DNA of 64,000 nt from an uncultured Acidobacteriota bacterium (GTDB taxonomy: Bacteria; Acidobacteriota; Vicinamibacteria; Vicinamibacterales; UBA8438). Of this stretch, positions 39,002-47,842 are shown one piece after another. The notes under the pieces are model-generated. The model saw only the letters and a program-made list of their open reading frames with translations. It was not told the DNA's origin and searched no databases. Position 1 is the stretch's first letter. Every line of letters begins with the position of its first letter. The position numbers and the translations under genes were made by a program. Where the stretch lies: the NCBI GenBank assembly GCA_913043225.1, contig CAJWLU010000015.1, forward strand, positions 10,193-74,192. The letters are read 5' to 3'.

Positions 39002-39601
39002 ATGTCCACAGTACTCCGCGTCTACACCGACTTCGTTTGACCCTGGTGCTACCTCAGTACCGGGCGTATTGAGCGACTGCGGCGGGACCTCGGGCTCGAA
39101 GTGGAGTGGGTGTACTTTCCACTACATCCCGAGACGCCTGAGGAAGGACGTTCGCTCGAATCGCTGTTCGCGGGGCGAGGCTATGACCTCGAAGTGATGC
39201 ACGAGCGCATGGCGACGCTCATGGCAGAGGAAGAGCTGCCCTACGGTCGGCGCACGCATACCTACAACAGCCGCCTGGCTCAGGAGCTGGCGGCTTGGGC
39301 GGACGGGGAGCCTGGTGGCGACGCGTTGCGCGGAGCGCTGTATCGAGCCTACTTTGTTGACGGGCGGAACCTGTCCGACATTGATGTGCTGGTGTCTCTG
39401 GCCGAAGCGGTTGGTCTGCTCGGAAGCCAAGTGCGTCAGATACTGGAGCGCCGGACCATGCGCGAGCTCGTTGACAAGCACTGGTCAACTTCGACCCGCG
39501 CTGGCATCACCGGTGTGCCGACGTTCGAAGTCGGCGGCTACCGCGCCGTAGGAGCTCAACAAGAGGAAGTGTTGCGTCACTTGGCTTCGATCGCTCCATA
39601 G
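39002..39601 (+). CDS. DsbA/FrnE-family thiol-disulfide oxidoreductase, predicted selenoprotein (Sec at TGA 39038-39040)
   Basis: ATG 39002 reads MSTVLRVYTDFV-TGA-PWCYL in frame with the 39101 ORF (FPLHP, NSRLAQ, GITGVPTF, GAQ). Confidence 0.88.
39053..39073 (+). promoter_or_regulatory. Bacterial SECIS-like hairpin
   Basis: CTCAGTAC-CGGGC-GTATTGAG: 8-bp stem with one G-U pair; G-containing loop begins 20 nt after the TGA. Confidence 0.7.
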
Positions 39602-40827
39602 ACCAACGTTTTCCACTCTTCGCGGAAGCCGCCACCTCGAGACGGTGAGACGGCAGCCATGATCACGGTCACGATGCCGTGCTCCGGGTCGATCGAGAAT
39701 CTGGTGCCGGACGAGCCGTCCCACCAGTACTCGCCCGCTCCGACCGGCCAGCCGTAGGCGCCGGCGTCCAGAATCACGTTGAAGCCGAGTCCCCAGCCCG
39801 ACCCGGCCATGTAGCCGCCGCCGATCGGCATGGCGCGGGCGGGAACGTGGTTCTCGAGCATTAAGGCTACCGTGTTCTCTGAGAGTAGGCGCGTGCCAGC
39901 CAGCGAGCCATGGTTGAGGAACATCTGCGAGAACCGGAGGTAGTCGGTCACCGACGATAGAAGACCAACGCCCCCCTCGATGAGAGACGGACGCTCGGTG
40001 AAGGGCACCTGCTCGATCGCGTACGGACGTAACTCGCCGGTCTCGCGATCGGGGCGGTAGACCGCGGCCAGTCTGTTCGCGCGTTCCCCGTCCGCCCAGA
40101 ACACGGTGTCGGTCATTCCCAGCGGTTCGAAGATGCGCTGCTGGAGAAATTCATCGAAGGGTTGTCCCGACCACACCTCGACGAGGCGTCCCAGTATCGT
40201 GGTGGAGACGCCATAGCGGAATCGGGTGCCCGGGTCTTCGAACAGTGGCATCGCGGCGACGTTGTTCACCATCGCCTCTAGGTCGATCGAACGCAGCCGC
40301 ACGTCGTGGGCCCGGTAGATCGGGCTGCTCCGACTGCCGATGCCGGACGTGTGGGTCAGGAGGTGGCGCACGGTGATATCACTTTGACGAGGCCTGGTCT
40401 GTTCGAGGTTCGGCGAGGAGGCGTCGAGGAACACCCGCTGTTCGGCAAACTGGGGGAGGTAGTCCGAGATGGGGTCGTCCAGCTGGAATGTGCCGTCCTC
40501 CCACAGAAGCATTACCGCCGTACTCGTGATGGAACGGGTCATCGAGTACAGCCGGAAGATTGCGTCCTCGGGCATTGGATCGCCAACTTGCAGGTCGCGC
40601 CGGCCCAGCGCTTCGAAGTAGACCAACTTACCGTGGCGGGCCACCGCGGCCACGACCCCCGCGACGTCGCCCGCGTCGATGTGTTCCTGGAGCGCGGCGG
40701 TGGCTGCCTGAAGTCCTGTCGAGGACATGCCGACCGACTCCGGAGCCGCGCGATCCAGATCCTGCGCGGCGGCCGGTGTCCACCAAACGAGCGCGCTGAC
40801 GAGCCATGCCATCTTTCGAAGCTGCAT
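39577..40827 (-). CDS. Exported serine hydrolase, beta-lactamase class C/esterase family
   Basis: FRLYSMTR, LLTHTSG, PGTRFRYG, IFEPLGMTDT; signal peptide. Confidence 0.9.
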   Translation of the reverse strand: MQLRKMAWLVSALVWWTPAAAQDLDRAAPESVGMSSTGLQAATAALQEHIDAGDVAGVVAAVARHGKLVYFEALGRRDLQVGDPMPEDAIFRLYSMTRSITSTAVMLLWEDGTFQLDDPISDYLPQFAEQRVFLDASSPNLEQTRPRQSDITVRHLLTHTSGIGSRSSPIYRAHDVRLRSIDLEAMVNNVAAMPLFEDPGTRFRYGVSTTILGRLVEVWSGQPFDEFLQQRIFEPLGMTDTVFWADGERANRLAAVYRPDRETGELRPYAIEQVPFTERPSLIEGGVGLLSSVTDYLRFSQMFLNHGSLAGTRLLSENTVALMLENHVPARAMPIGGGYMAGSGWGLGFNVILDAGAYGWPVGAGEYWWDGSSGTRFSIDPEHGIVTVIMAAVSPSRGGGFREEWKTLVYGAIEAK

Positions 40828-40892
40828 CGGGGGCTCCTTCCCTCCGGAATATAATCACCTTTTGCGCCATCGTCGAGCGCGGGAGGAGAGCG

Positions 40893-42119
40893 GTGAAACA
40901 GGCCTGTATGCGATTCGCATGTGCTCTGGTGGTACTCGGTTTACCAGTGTCGGCCGCAGCCCAGGACTGGACCCAGTGGCGGGGCGTCAATCGGGACGGG
41001 GCGGTGCAGAGCTTCGAGGTGCCAGCAACATGGCCTACCGCGCTTGCCGAGCAGTGGACCGTAGACGTGGGTGAAGGCTATGCCTCGCCAATTCTCATCG
41101 GTGAAAGTCTGTACATGTTCAGCCGCCAGGGCGAAGAGGAAGTGATGCAGGCGCTCAACGCCGCCACCGGCCAGACCCGCTGGCGTAGCAGCTATCCCGC
41201 CAGCTTTGAGATGATCGCCGCCACCCGTCGCCACGGTCCAGGCCCGAAGGCGACGCCCGCCTATGCTGACGGTCGTCTGTTTACGTTGGGCATCAGCGGC
41301 ATCGTGACGGCGTTCGACGCCGAGAACGGCGACCAGTTATGGCAGCGGCCGGCCGACGCGGTCGAGCCGCTCTATCACACGGGGCAGTCGCCCATTGTCG
41401 ACGGCGGTCAGGTGATCCTGCACGTAGGTGGCCACGATTCGGGGGCGCTTACCTCGTTCGACGTCGAGACGGGCGAGGAAGTCTGGCGCTGGGATGGTGA
41501 TGGCCCCGCCTACGGGTCTCCGATCGTGGTCGAGGTCGAAGGCAGCCGCCAGGTCATAACCTTCACCCAGGAGAACTTTGTGGGTGTTTCGGTCGACAGC
41601 GGCACCTTGCTCTGGAGCCGGCCTTATACGACGCAGTCGACGACCACGTCGCAGACCCCTCGGTTGTATCAGGGCGATGTGATCGAGAGCGGCCGTGGCA
41701 ACGGGATCACCAGGTTCCGGGTGGTGCGTGAAGGTAACGCCTGGATCACCGAGGATGTGTGGCACAACGACGAGGTGTCGATGCACATGTCCAACGGCGT
41801 GGTGGTAGACGGGGTTCTGTTCGGACTGTCCCACCTCAACAGCGGACAGTACTTCGCGCTCGACCTCGACAGCGGCACGCTGCTCTGGACCAGCGACCCC
41901 CGGCAGGCAGACCACGCGTCCATCCTCAATGTGGGCACTACGATCCTGTCGCTCGAGGAGGACGGCGAGCTGCTGGTCGTACCCCACAGCCGGACCGAGT
42001 TCGCGCCCGTTCAACGCTACGAGCTGGCCGATAGCGCCACCTGGACGCTGCCGACGCTCTCTGGCAATCGGTTGTTCGTCAAGGATATTGAGTCGCTGAC
42101 GCTCTGGACTGTCGAGTAG
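40893..42119 (+). CDS. PQQ-like/BamB-like beta-propeller protein
   Basis: DWTQWRG after the signal peptide; repeated AxDxxTGxxxW blades; RBS GGAGGAG. Confidence 0.85.
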   Translation: MKQACMRFACALVVLGLPVSAAAQDWTQWRGVNRDGAVQSFEVPATWPTALAEQWTVDVGEGYASPILIGESLYMFSRQGEEEVMQALNAATGQTRWRSSYPASFEMIAATRRHGPGPKATPAYADGRLFTLGISGIVTAFDAENGDQLWQRPADAVEPLYHTGQSPIVDGGQVILHVGGHDSGALTSFDVETGEEVWRWDGDGPAYGSPIVVEVEGSRQVITFTQENFVGVSVDSGTLLWSRPYTTQSTTTSQTPRLYQGDVIESGRGNGITRFRVVREGNAWITEDVWHNDEVSMHMSNGVVVDGVLFGLSHLNSGQYFALDLDSGTLLWTSDPRQADHASILNVGTTILSLEEDGELLVVPHSRTEFAPVQRYELADSATWTLPTLSGNRLFVKDIESLTLWTVE

Positions 42120-42206
42120 AGGATGTCGCCGGGAACATCAGGCCGAGGGCCGGCGTCCTATAGACCATCAATTGCTCCGGCCCACGCAAGGGAGAGAGAA
42201 CTCAGC

Positions 42207-42866
42207 ATGTCACTCAGAATCAATAGCACCGCACCAGACTTCATCGCCGAGACCACCCAGGGCACCATCAACTTCCATGAGTGGATCGGAGACGGCTGGG
42301 CCATCCTCTGTTCGCACCCCAAGGATTTCACCCCGGTGTGCACCACCGAACTGGGCACGATGGCCGGCTTGAACGACGAGTTCACCAAGCGCAACTGCAA
42401 GATCCTCGGCATCAGCGTCGACCCGGTCACCAATCACGAGAAGTGGTCGAAGGACATCGAGGCGTCGCAGGGGCACGCGGTGACCTATCCGCTGGTGGGC
42501 GACCCAACCCTGGCGATCGTCAAGCAGTACGACATGCTGCCCGCTGATGCCGGCGTCACGAGCGAAGGGCGCACCCCTGCCGACAACGCTACCTCCAGGT
42601 CTGTCTTCGTCATCGGACCAGACAAGAAAATCAAGGCGACCATCACCTACCCGATGAGCACCGGGCGGAACTTCGAGGAGATTCTTCGCCTTCTCGACTC
42701 CTGCCAGCTCACCGCGCAGAAGAAGGTAGCCACTCCCGCCAACTGGAAGCAGGGCGAGGATGTGATCATCCTACCGGCCGTTTCGGATGAGGCCGCCAAA
42801 GAGGCCTACCCGGATGGCTGGAAGTCGCCGCTGCCGTACATCCGCATCGTTCCGCAGCCGAAGTAG
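42207..42866 (+). CDS. 1-Cys peroxiredoxin (Prx6 subfamily)
   Basis: SHPKDFTPVCTTE, YPMSTGRNF, VATPANW. Confidence 0.95.
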   Translation: MSLRINSTAPDFIAETTQGTINFHEWIGDGWAILCSHPKDFTPVCTTELGTMAGLNDEFTKRNCKILGISVDPVTNHEKWSKDIEASQGHAVTYPLVGDPTLAIVKQYDMLPADAGVTSEGRTPADNATSRSVFVIGPDKKIKATITYPMSTGRNFEEILRLLDSCQLTAQKKVATPANWKQGEDVIILPAVSDEAAKEAYPDGWKSPLPYIRIVPQPK

Positions 42867-42962
42867 CGCTGCGACTGGTTGGTGCTGCACCCGGGGGGCG
42901 CGAGGCGGTTGCTTTCTAGGCGTTGTGTCGTTCTGGCCGCCATATACTTGGCGAATAGCGAC

Positions 42963-43080
42963 ATGCTTCTGACTGCTGGACAGCGTCTGGGGTCCTGTGA
43001 GGTTGTCGAGTGCGGTGAGGGAGTGTGGGGCAGGTGTGTTGCGCTCGCGAGACCCTCCGTCGACTGTGACTTTGTCTTCG
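42963..43080 (+). pseudogene. Degenerate N-terminal fragment of a Ser/Thr protein kinase
   Basis: MLLTAGQRLGSCEVVE.GEG, then shifted frame VGQVCCARET, then VDCDF; resembles the kinase start M.L..G.RLG.YE....GxGGMGxVYRARD..L.RDVA. Confidence 0.55.
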
Positions 43081-43142
43081 CCAATCTGGACCCAGCCCCT
43101 GAGACGTGCTTCGCCCCTTCCTCGACGTAAGCTACAAATCCA

Positions 43143-43625
43143 ATGCCTTCGTTCGACGTCGTCTCTCAGGTTGACCTACAAGAGGTTGGCAACGCCCTGA
43201 ACCAGGCCACGCGCGAGATCGATACGCGCTTTGATTTCAAGGGGAAGAACGCCAAGTTTGAGTTGCTGGATTCGACCATCACGATGCGGGCCCCCGATAA
43301 GTTTCAGCTGGGCCAGATGTACGACATCCTCACCGCCAAACTGGCCGCCCGGAAGGTCAACGTGCTTTGCCTTAAGCGGGACGATCCGCAGGAAAACGTC
43401 AGCGACGCCTGGCAGGTGGTACACGTGCGCCAAGGTATCGAGACCGAACTCGCCAGGCGCCTGGTCAAGGTAGTCAAGCAGGCCAAGCTCAAGGTGCAGG
43501 TGGCGATCCAGGGCGACCAGCTTCGGGTGTCTGGCAAGAAGCGCGACGTTCTGCAAGAGGCGATCACGCTCCTCAAGGAAGAGAAGGTCGACCTGCCCCT
43601 CCAGTTCATCAACTATCGCGACTAG
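43143..43625 (+). CDS. yajQ: YajQ-family nucleotide/c-di-GMP-binding protein
   Basis: MPSFDVVS, RFDFKG, IQGDQLRVSGKKRD.LQ, LQFINYRD. Confidence 0.96.
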   Translation: MPSFDVVSQVDLQEVGNALNQATREIDTRFDFKGKNAKFELLDSTITMRAPDKFQLGQMYDILTAKLAARKVNVLCLKRDDPQENVSDAWQVVHVRQGIETELARRLVKVVKQAKLKVQVAIQGDQLRVSGKKRDVLQEAITLLKEEKVDLPLQFINYRD

Positions 43626-43640
43626 CCAGGCGGCGACGTC

Positions 43641-44039
43641 ATGATACAGAGAATAGCCTTGCAGTCCACAAGGGACGAGCGTCTGCTCCCGGATCACGCC
43701 GTGGCCTCGGCCGTCGAGCGCCTCAACAAGAAGGGGCTGGGCGAGGGAGCGCGTCAGGATCTGTTGGCCATCGCGGGGCTCGGCGAGCTGCCGCCCAATC
43801 TCAAGCCGGACGTAATCGTGGCGGATATCCCGGGCCGTATCGCGCAGGTGCTGCGAGTTCTGTGTGTGATCGCCAGCGTTGGCAGCCATTTTTCGAACGC
43901 CGAGGTGGCGGTGATCAAGGAGATTGTCGCTGAGAGGGAGGTGGATTGGAGTCTGGTGACCTGCGCCTTCGACCGCACGTCGTCGGAGTGCGTGGAGGAG
44001 CCGCCGGCTCGATCCCTGTTGCATCCGTTCCTGGTTTGA
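43641..44039 (+). CDS. Hypothetical protein (weak TerB-like helical pattern)
   Basis: Fills the gap between yajQ and the NHL gene; IASVGSHFSNAEVAVIKEI recalls TerB; no firm motif. Confidence 0.45.
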   Translation: MIQRIALQSTRDERLLPDHAVASAVERLNKKGLGEGARQDLLAIAGLGELPPNLKPDVIVADIPGRIAQVLRVLCVIASVGSHFSNAEVAVIKEIVAEREVDWSLVTCAFDRTSSECVEEPPARSLLHPFLV

Positions 44040-44074
44040 CAGAGGATCTGGCTCGTTGAGGGGAGAAGCACCGT

Positions 44075-45310
44075 ATGCAGACACGAAGAGAACGCCATGC
44101 CGTAGCCGCGGTGATCTGCCTGGCCCTGGTCGGAGTCGTTGGCTTTGGCGACGCCGTCGTCGACCGGATCCAGGCTGCACAAGGCTCGATGGTCCACGGC
44201 CCGATCTTCGAGGTCGACCCGCTGTGGCCACAGCCGTTGCCTAATCACTGGCTGCTCGGGACGACGATCGGTGTCTCGGTGGATGCGCGTGACCACATTT
44301 GGATCATCCACCGGGGCGATGCGCTGTCTGCGGGCGAGGTGCCGGCCGCGCAGGATCCTCCCGTCGCGGCGGAGTGCTGCTTCCCCGCGCCACCCGTACT
44401 CGAGTTCGACCAGGATGGTCTCCTGGTCGGTCACTGGGGTGGTCCGGGTGAGGGCTACGAGTGGCCGGTCTCGAACCACGGCATCTTTGTCGACCACATG
44501 GACAACGTGTGGATAGGTGGGAACGGCGGTTTAGACTCGCACCTATTGAAGTTTGACCGGTACGGCAACTTCCTCATGCAGGTCGGGCAGGCCGGCGCCA
44601 GGATGACTGGTCCGGTCAGCGATGTCACCGGTCAGCCGACAGCGGTCGCCGACAGCAACGACACCGAGAGCTTCGGACGCGTGGCTAAGATCTTTGTCGA
44701 TCCGAAGGAAAACGAGGCCTACGTCGCCGACGGCTATTTCAACAAGCGGGTCGCCGTGCTCGACGCCGAGACGGGTGCCTTCAAGCGCTTCTGGGGCGCC
44801 TATGGCAACACGCCCGACGATGCTCCGCTGCCGCGCTACGACCCGAACGCCGAACCGCCGCAGCAGTTCCGAACGCCCGTGCACTGCGCCGACCTGTCAA
44901 ACGACGGGCTTGTGTATGTGTGTGACCGGGTGGGCAACCGGATCCAGGTGTTCCAGCGGGACGGGACCTACGTCGAAGAGCTGTTCCTGGCTAAGGATAC
45001 CCTGGGTGCTGGGGCGGTCTGGGACGTTGCCTTCTCACGCGACGCCGACCAGAAGTACATATACGTGGCCGATGGCGTGAACGAGAAGGTCTACATCATC
45101 GACCGCAAGGAGATGGAACTCATCTCGAGCTTCGGTGATGGCGGTAGGCAGCCCGGTCAGTTCTACGGTGCCCACAGCATCATGACCGACTCGCACGGCA
45201 ACATCTACGTGACCGAGACCTTCGAAGGAAAGCGGCTGCAGAAGTTCGTCTACAAGGGTGAAGGTTCTATCCGAGCTGGCGACCAGGGCGTGGTGTGGCC
45301 GTCGCGGTAG
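44075..45310 (+). CDS. Exported NHL beta-propeller, peptidyl-alpha-hydroxyglycine alpha-amidating lyase (PAL)-like
   Basis: VDPLWP, NHGIFVD, VADGYFNKRV, PVHC, CDRVGNRIQVF, AHSI. Confidence 0.85.
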   Translation: MQTRRERHAVAAVICLALVGVVGFGDAVVDRIQAAQGSMVHGPIFEVDPLWPQPLPNHWLLGTTIGVSVDARDHIWIIHRGDALSAGEVPAAQDPPVAAECCFPAPPVLEFDQDGLLVGHWGGPGEGYEWPVSNHGIFVDHMDNVWIGGNGGLDSHLLKFDRYGNFLMQVGQAGARMTGPVSDVTGQPTAVADSNDTESFGRVAKIFVDPKENEAYVADGYFNKRVAVLDAETGAFKRFWGAYGNTPDDAPLPRYDPNAEPPQQFRTPVHCADLSNDGLVYVCDRVGNRIQVFQRDGTYVEELFLAKDTLGAGAVWDVAFSRDADQKYIYVADGVNEKVYIIDRKEMELISSFGDGGRQPGQFYGAHSIMTDSHGNIYVTETFEGKRLQKFVYKGEGSIRAGDQGVVWPSR

Positions 45311-45365
45311 TGACTGAGCCGCGATGGTGGCGCTGGGCTTCAGCCTATAGGCTTTAGACCGGTTC

Positions 45366-45395
45366 GGGGCCGCGCCGTTGGCGCGGCCCCTTTTT
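45366..45395 (+). terminator. Rho-independent terminator
   Basis: GGGGCCGCGCC-GTT-GGCGCGGCCCC, a perfect 11-bp stem, followed by TTTTT. Confidence 0.9.
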
Positions 45396-45524
45396 CCGTA
45401 CACGTCCTGTTACTGGTCGGGACGCAATCGACCAGCAATCTTGGCAATTGGGATTCTCACGTTCCCGACAGCTGCGCTTCCCAAAGCCCTTGGGGCTCGA
45501 TGTTCTGAGCTTGAGTGTCCGAGT

Positions 45525-46520
45525 TCAGAACATCGCGATCGGATTCACCGGCGACCCTGTGCCATTCGGGATAGGGAGCGGGGCGATCGTCATCATGAAC
45601 TCGTAGCGTTCCCGCTCGGCCGCGGCCGCGGCCAGCGCCTGGAAGTCCGCCCGGTCCAGCACCTGGATGCCCAGGATGGTGAGGGCGAAGTTGTGCAAGG
45701 CGAGGCGCGAGATGTCGCCCTCGGGTTGCGGCATGTAGCCCGGCGTTTCCCACCCCGCGATGGCCACGTCACGCTCCTTAAGCCAAGGGATGACGTGATT
45801 GTCCAGGCCGGCCGCCTCCTGTCCGGTATCGAACGGGCCGAGGGCGTCCTCACGGGCCCATCGTCCCCACCGGACCAGGAACGCGTCGCCGGAGCCCACC
45901 CTGACACCGGTCCGAGCTTCCCAGGCTTCCAGGTCGGCCACGGTGATTCGCGTGCCAGGCTCCAGATAGGCGACGTCCTTCAACCGAGGGATGTCGTAGA
46001 GGACCGCGCGCGTAACCAGGCCGTCCTTGACCGTCATGATGGAGTTCTTGGTCGCCCCTTCCTCCATCGTAACCAGGCCGTCGATATCGTAGCCGTTCCA
46101 CATCTTGCCATCGAAGAAGATATGCGCGAATGCGTCGAGGTGCGTTGTGCCCGGCCCGTGGATACAGGGGTAGGCGACCGTGTCGCTCGCGGCCGTCCGA
46201 GTAGCTCGTACCATCGACCACTCGATCGGGCACGGGTTGGCGATGGTAGCGACCTTCTCCGCGTCAGAGGCGAGCGAGACGGTGAAGCCGTCCTCGACCA
46301 GCGCTGCTGCTTCCGCTCGCTTGGTCGGCGTGATCAGGTTAGCCGCGCCGAGCTCATCATCGGGGCCCCAGCGTCCCCAGTTCGACAGCTCTGTTTGCCA
46401 CTGGTTGTACTGGGTCTGGGTGACCAGCGGCGGCATGTTAGCCCGCTGGCCGTGGAGCGAGACGGTAAGCACGCCGGTCAGGGCCGCGACCCAGATCGCC
46501 GCGTCGCGTTGTGTCGTCAT
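45525..46520 (-). CDS. Cyclase-family protein with signal peptide (paralogue of 16920..18011)
   Basis: [40 protein letters not shown]. Confidence 0.9.
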   Translation of the reverse strand: MTTQRDAAIWVAALTGVLTVSLHGQRANMPPLVTQTQYNQWQTELSNWGRWGPDDELGAANLITPTKRAEAAALVEDGFTVSLASDAEKVATIANPCPIEWSMVRATRTAASDTVAYPCIHGPGTTHLDAFAHIFFDGKMWNGYDIDGLVTMEEGATKNSIMTVKDGLVTRAVLYDIPRLKDVAYLEPGTRITVADLEAWEARTGVRVGSGDAFLVRWGRWAREDALGPFDTGQEAAGLDNHVIPWLKERDVAIAGWETPGYMPQPEGDISRLALHNFALTILGIQVLDRADFQALAAAAAERERYEFMMTIAPLPIPNGTGSPVNPIAMF

Positions 46521-47051
46521 GGTGCCTCTCTACTCTGGTTTGCTTGAAGGGCTGTAGCGCGTGATTTTCGGGATCGACGTCCGAGGCGCCAGGGTGTCCC
46601 AGCGCATCGAATACCACCAGACCGGGGTCACCATAGCCATCGCGGATCTCAGTCATGGCTTAGCGTTCGGTGCTGCTAACCAGGAGGGGATGCACGACCA
46701 TGGAGCTCTCGTCGAGTATGCCGACATGCGGATCGCCAACGGCGGTGTAGACGGGCGCGACAGTTGCCTGGAGGGTGCGAATTCGCTCGGCGGAGCCGTG
46801 GCGGGCCAGTTTCCCCCTTGGCTTCAGCTGAAGCCTGGAGCGTCCCCAGTCGCAGGAACACGGCGAAGGCGTGCAAACCTCGCACCCGTGGGCTCCTCAT
46901 CAGAGGCATCATACTCTCGGGTGGCGGCGGAGACGGCCTCACCAGAGGCTATAATCATCATCCGTCTCGCGGAAGTATTAGCCGCCCCAGTACGAGCCGG
47001 ACGTGTATCCGCCTAACCAGTCGGCGGTGGGGTTGCGGCAAGGAGAGCAGG

Positions 47052-47537
47052 ATGCGAACGAGAGTGGTCTGTGTCGTGTTGACCGCGGTCATCGCCGTCG
47101 GATGCGGCGGGACGGAGGCGCCTGCTGGGCCGCCGTTCAGCACGGATCGGAGCGTGCAGATGTTGATGGCCAACATGCTGGACCCGGCGGCGGATCTGCT
47201 TTGGGACGCCGTCGGTACCGTCGTCGACGAGAACGGTGAGAACCACTGGCAGCCGGAGACCGAGGAGGACTGGTTGCAGGTCCGGCTCGGAGCGATTGCG
47301 CTCGCTGAGGCTGCGAACCTGCTCATCATGGAGGGGCGCGCCCGGGATCAAGGCCAGTGGGTCGAGCTATCCCAGGCCATGGCCGACGCCGCGATGGAGG
47401 CTTTTGCCGCCGCCGAGGCGGAGGACCCACAGCTGGTCTTCGATCTTGGTGAGTCCGTTTATGAGACCTGCAACAACTGTCACAGCGTCTACTGGGTGGA
47501 TGACGCTGACCGGGGTCGCGCCATCGGCAGCGACTAA
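47052..47537 (+). CDS. Lipoprotein cytochrome c (cytochrome c'-like, C-terminal haem motif)
   Basis: Lipobox AVGC; helical body; CNNCH near the C-terminus; RBS AGGAG. Confidence 0.8.
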   Translation: MRTRVVCVVLTAVIAVGCGGTEAPAGPPFSTDRSVQMLMANMLDPAADLLWDAVGTVVDENGENHWQPETEEDWLQVRLGAIALAEAANLLIMEGRARDQGQWVELSQAMADAAMEAFAAAEAEDPQLVFDLGESVYETCNNCHSVYWVDDADRGRAIGSD

Positions 47538-47842
47538 CGGCCCGGCCGGTTACGGGGTCTTTCGCATCCTTTGCTAAGCCAAGCCCTCGGTTTGTCGGCA
47601 CTGCCGGGCGTGACGGTCTGCGCCGCCGACATGCGGCCCGGTTGGTGGGATGTGGTACTGACCGCGCTGGCGCTCTCCACGATCGCCGTCTGGCGGCCGA
47701 CGAAACCGTTGGTCGCTGGGTTGACTGTTACGGCCACCCACCGTTCGCTACTGGCTTGTAACAACGAGGATCTCATCGCCGGGCGGAGGGACCATGCCAG
47801 CAGCGGGTGGTCCCACAGTGCGTCGGTGGTGGTGGACTGACC

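Noticed and set aside
47538..47842. Cobalamin or other riboswitch upstream of the PepSY gene
   Set aside because: Conserved B12-box motifs not recognised in the expected arrangement
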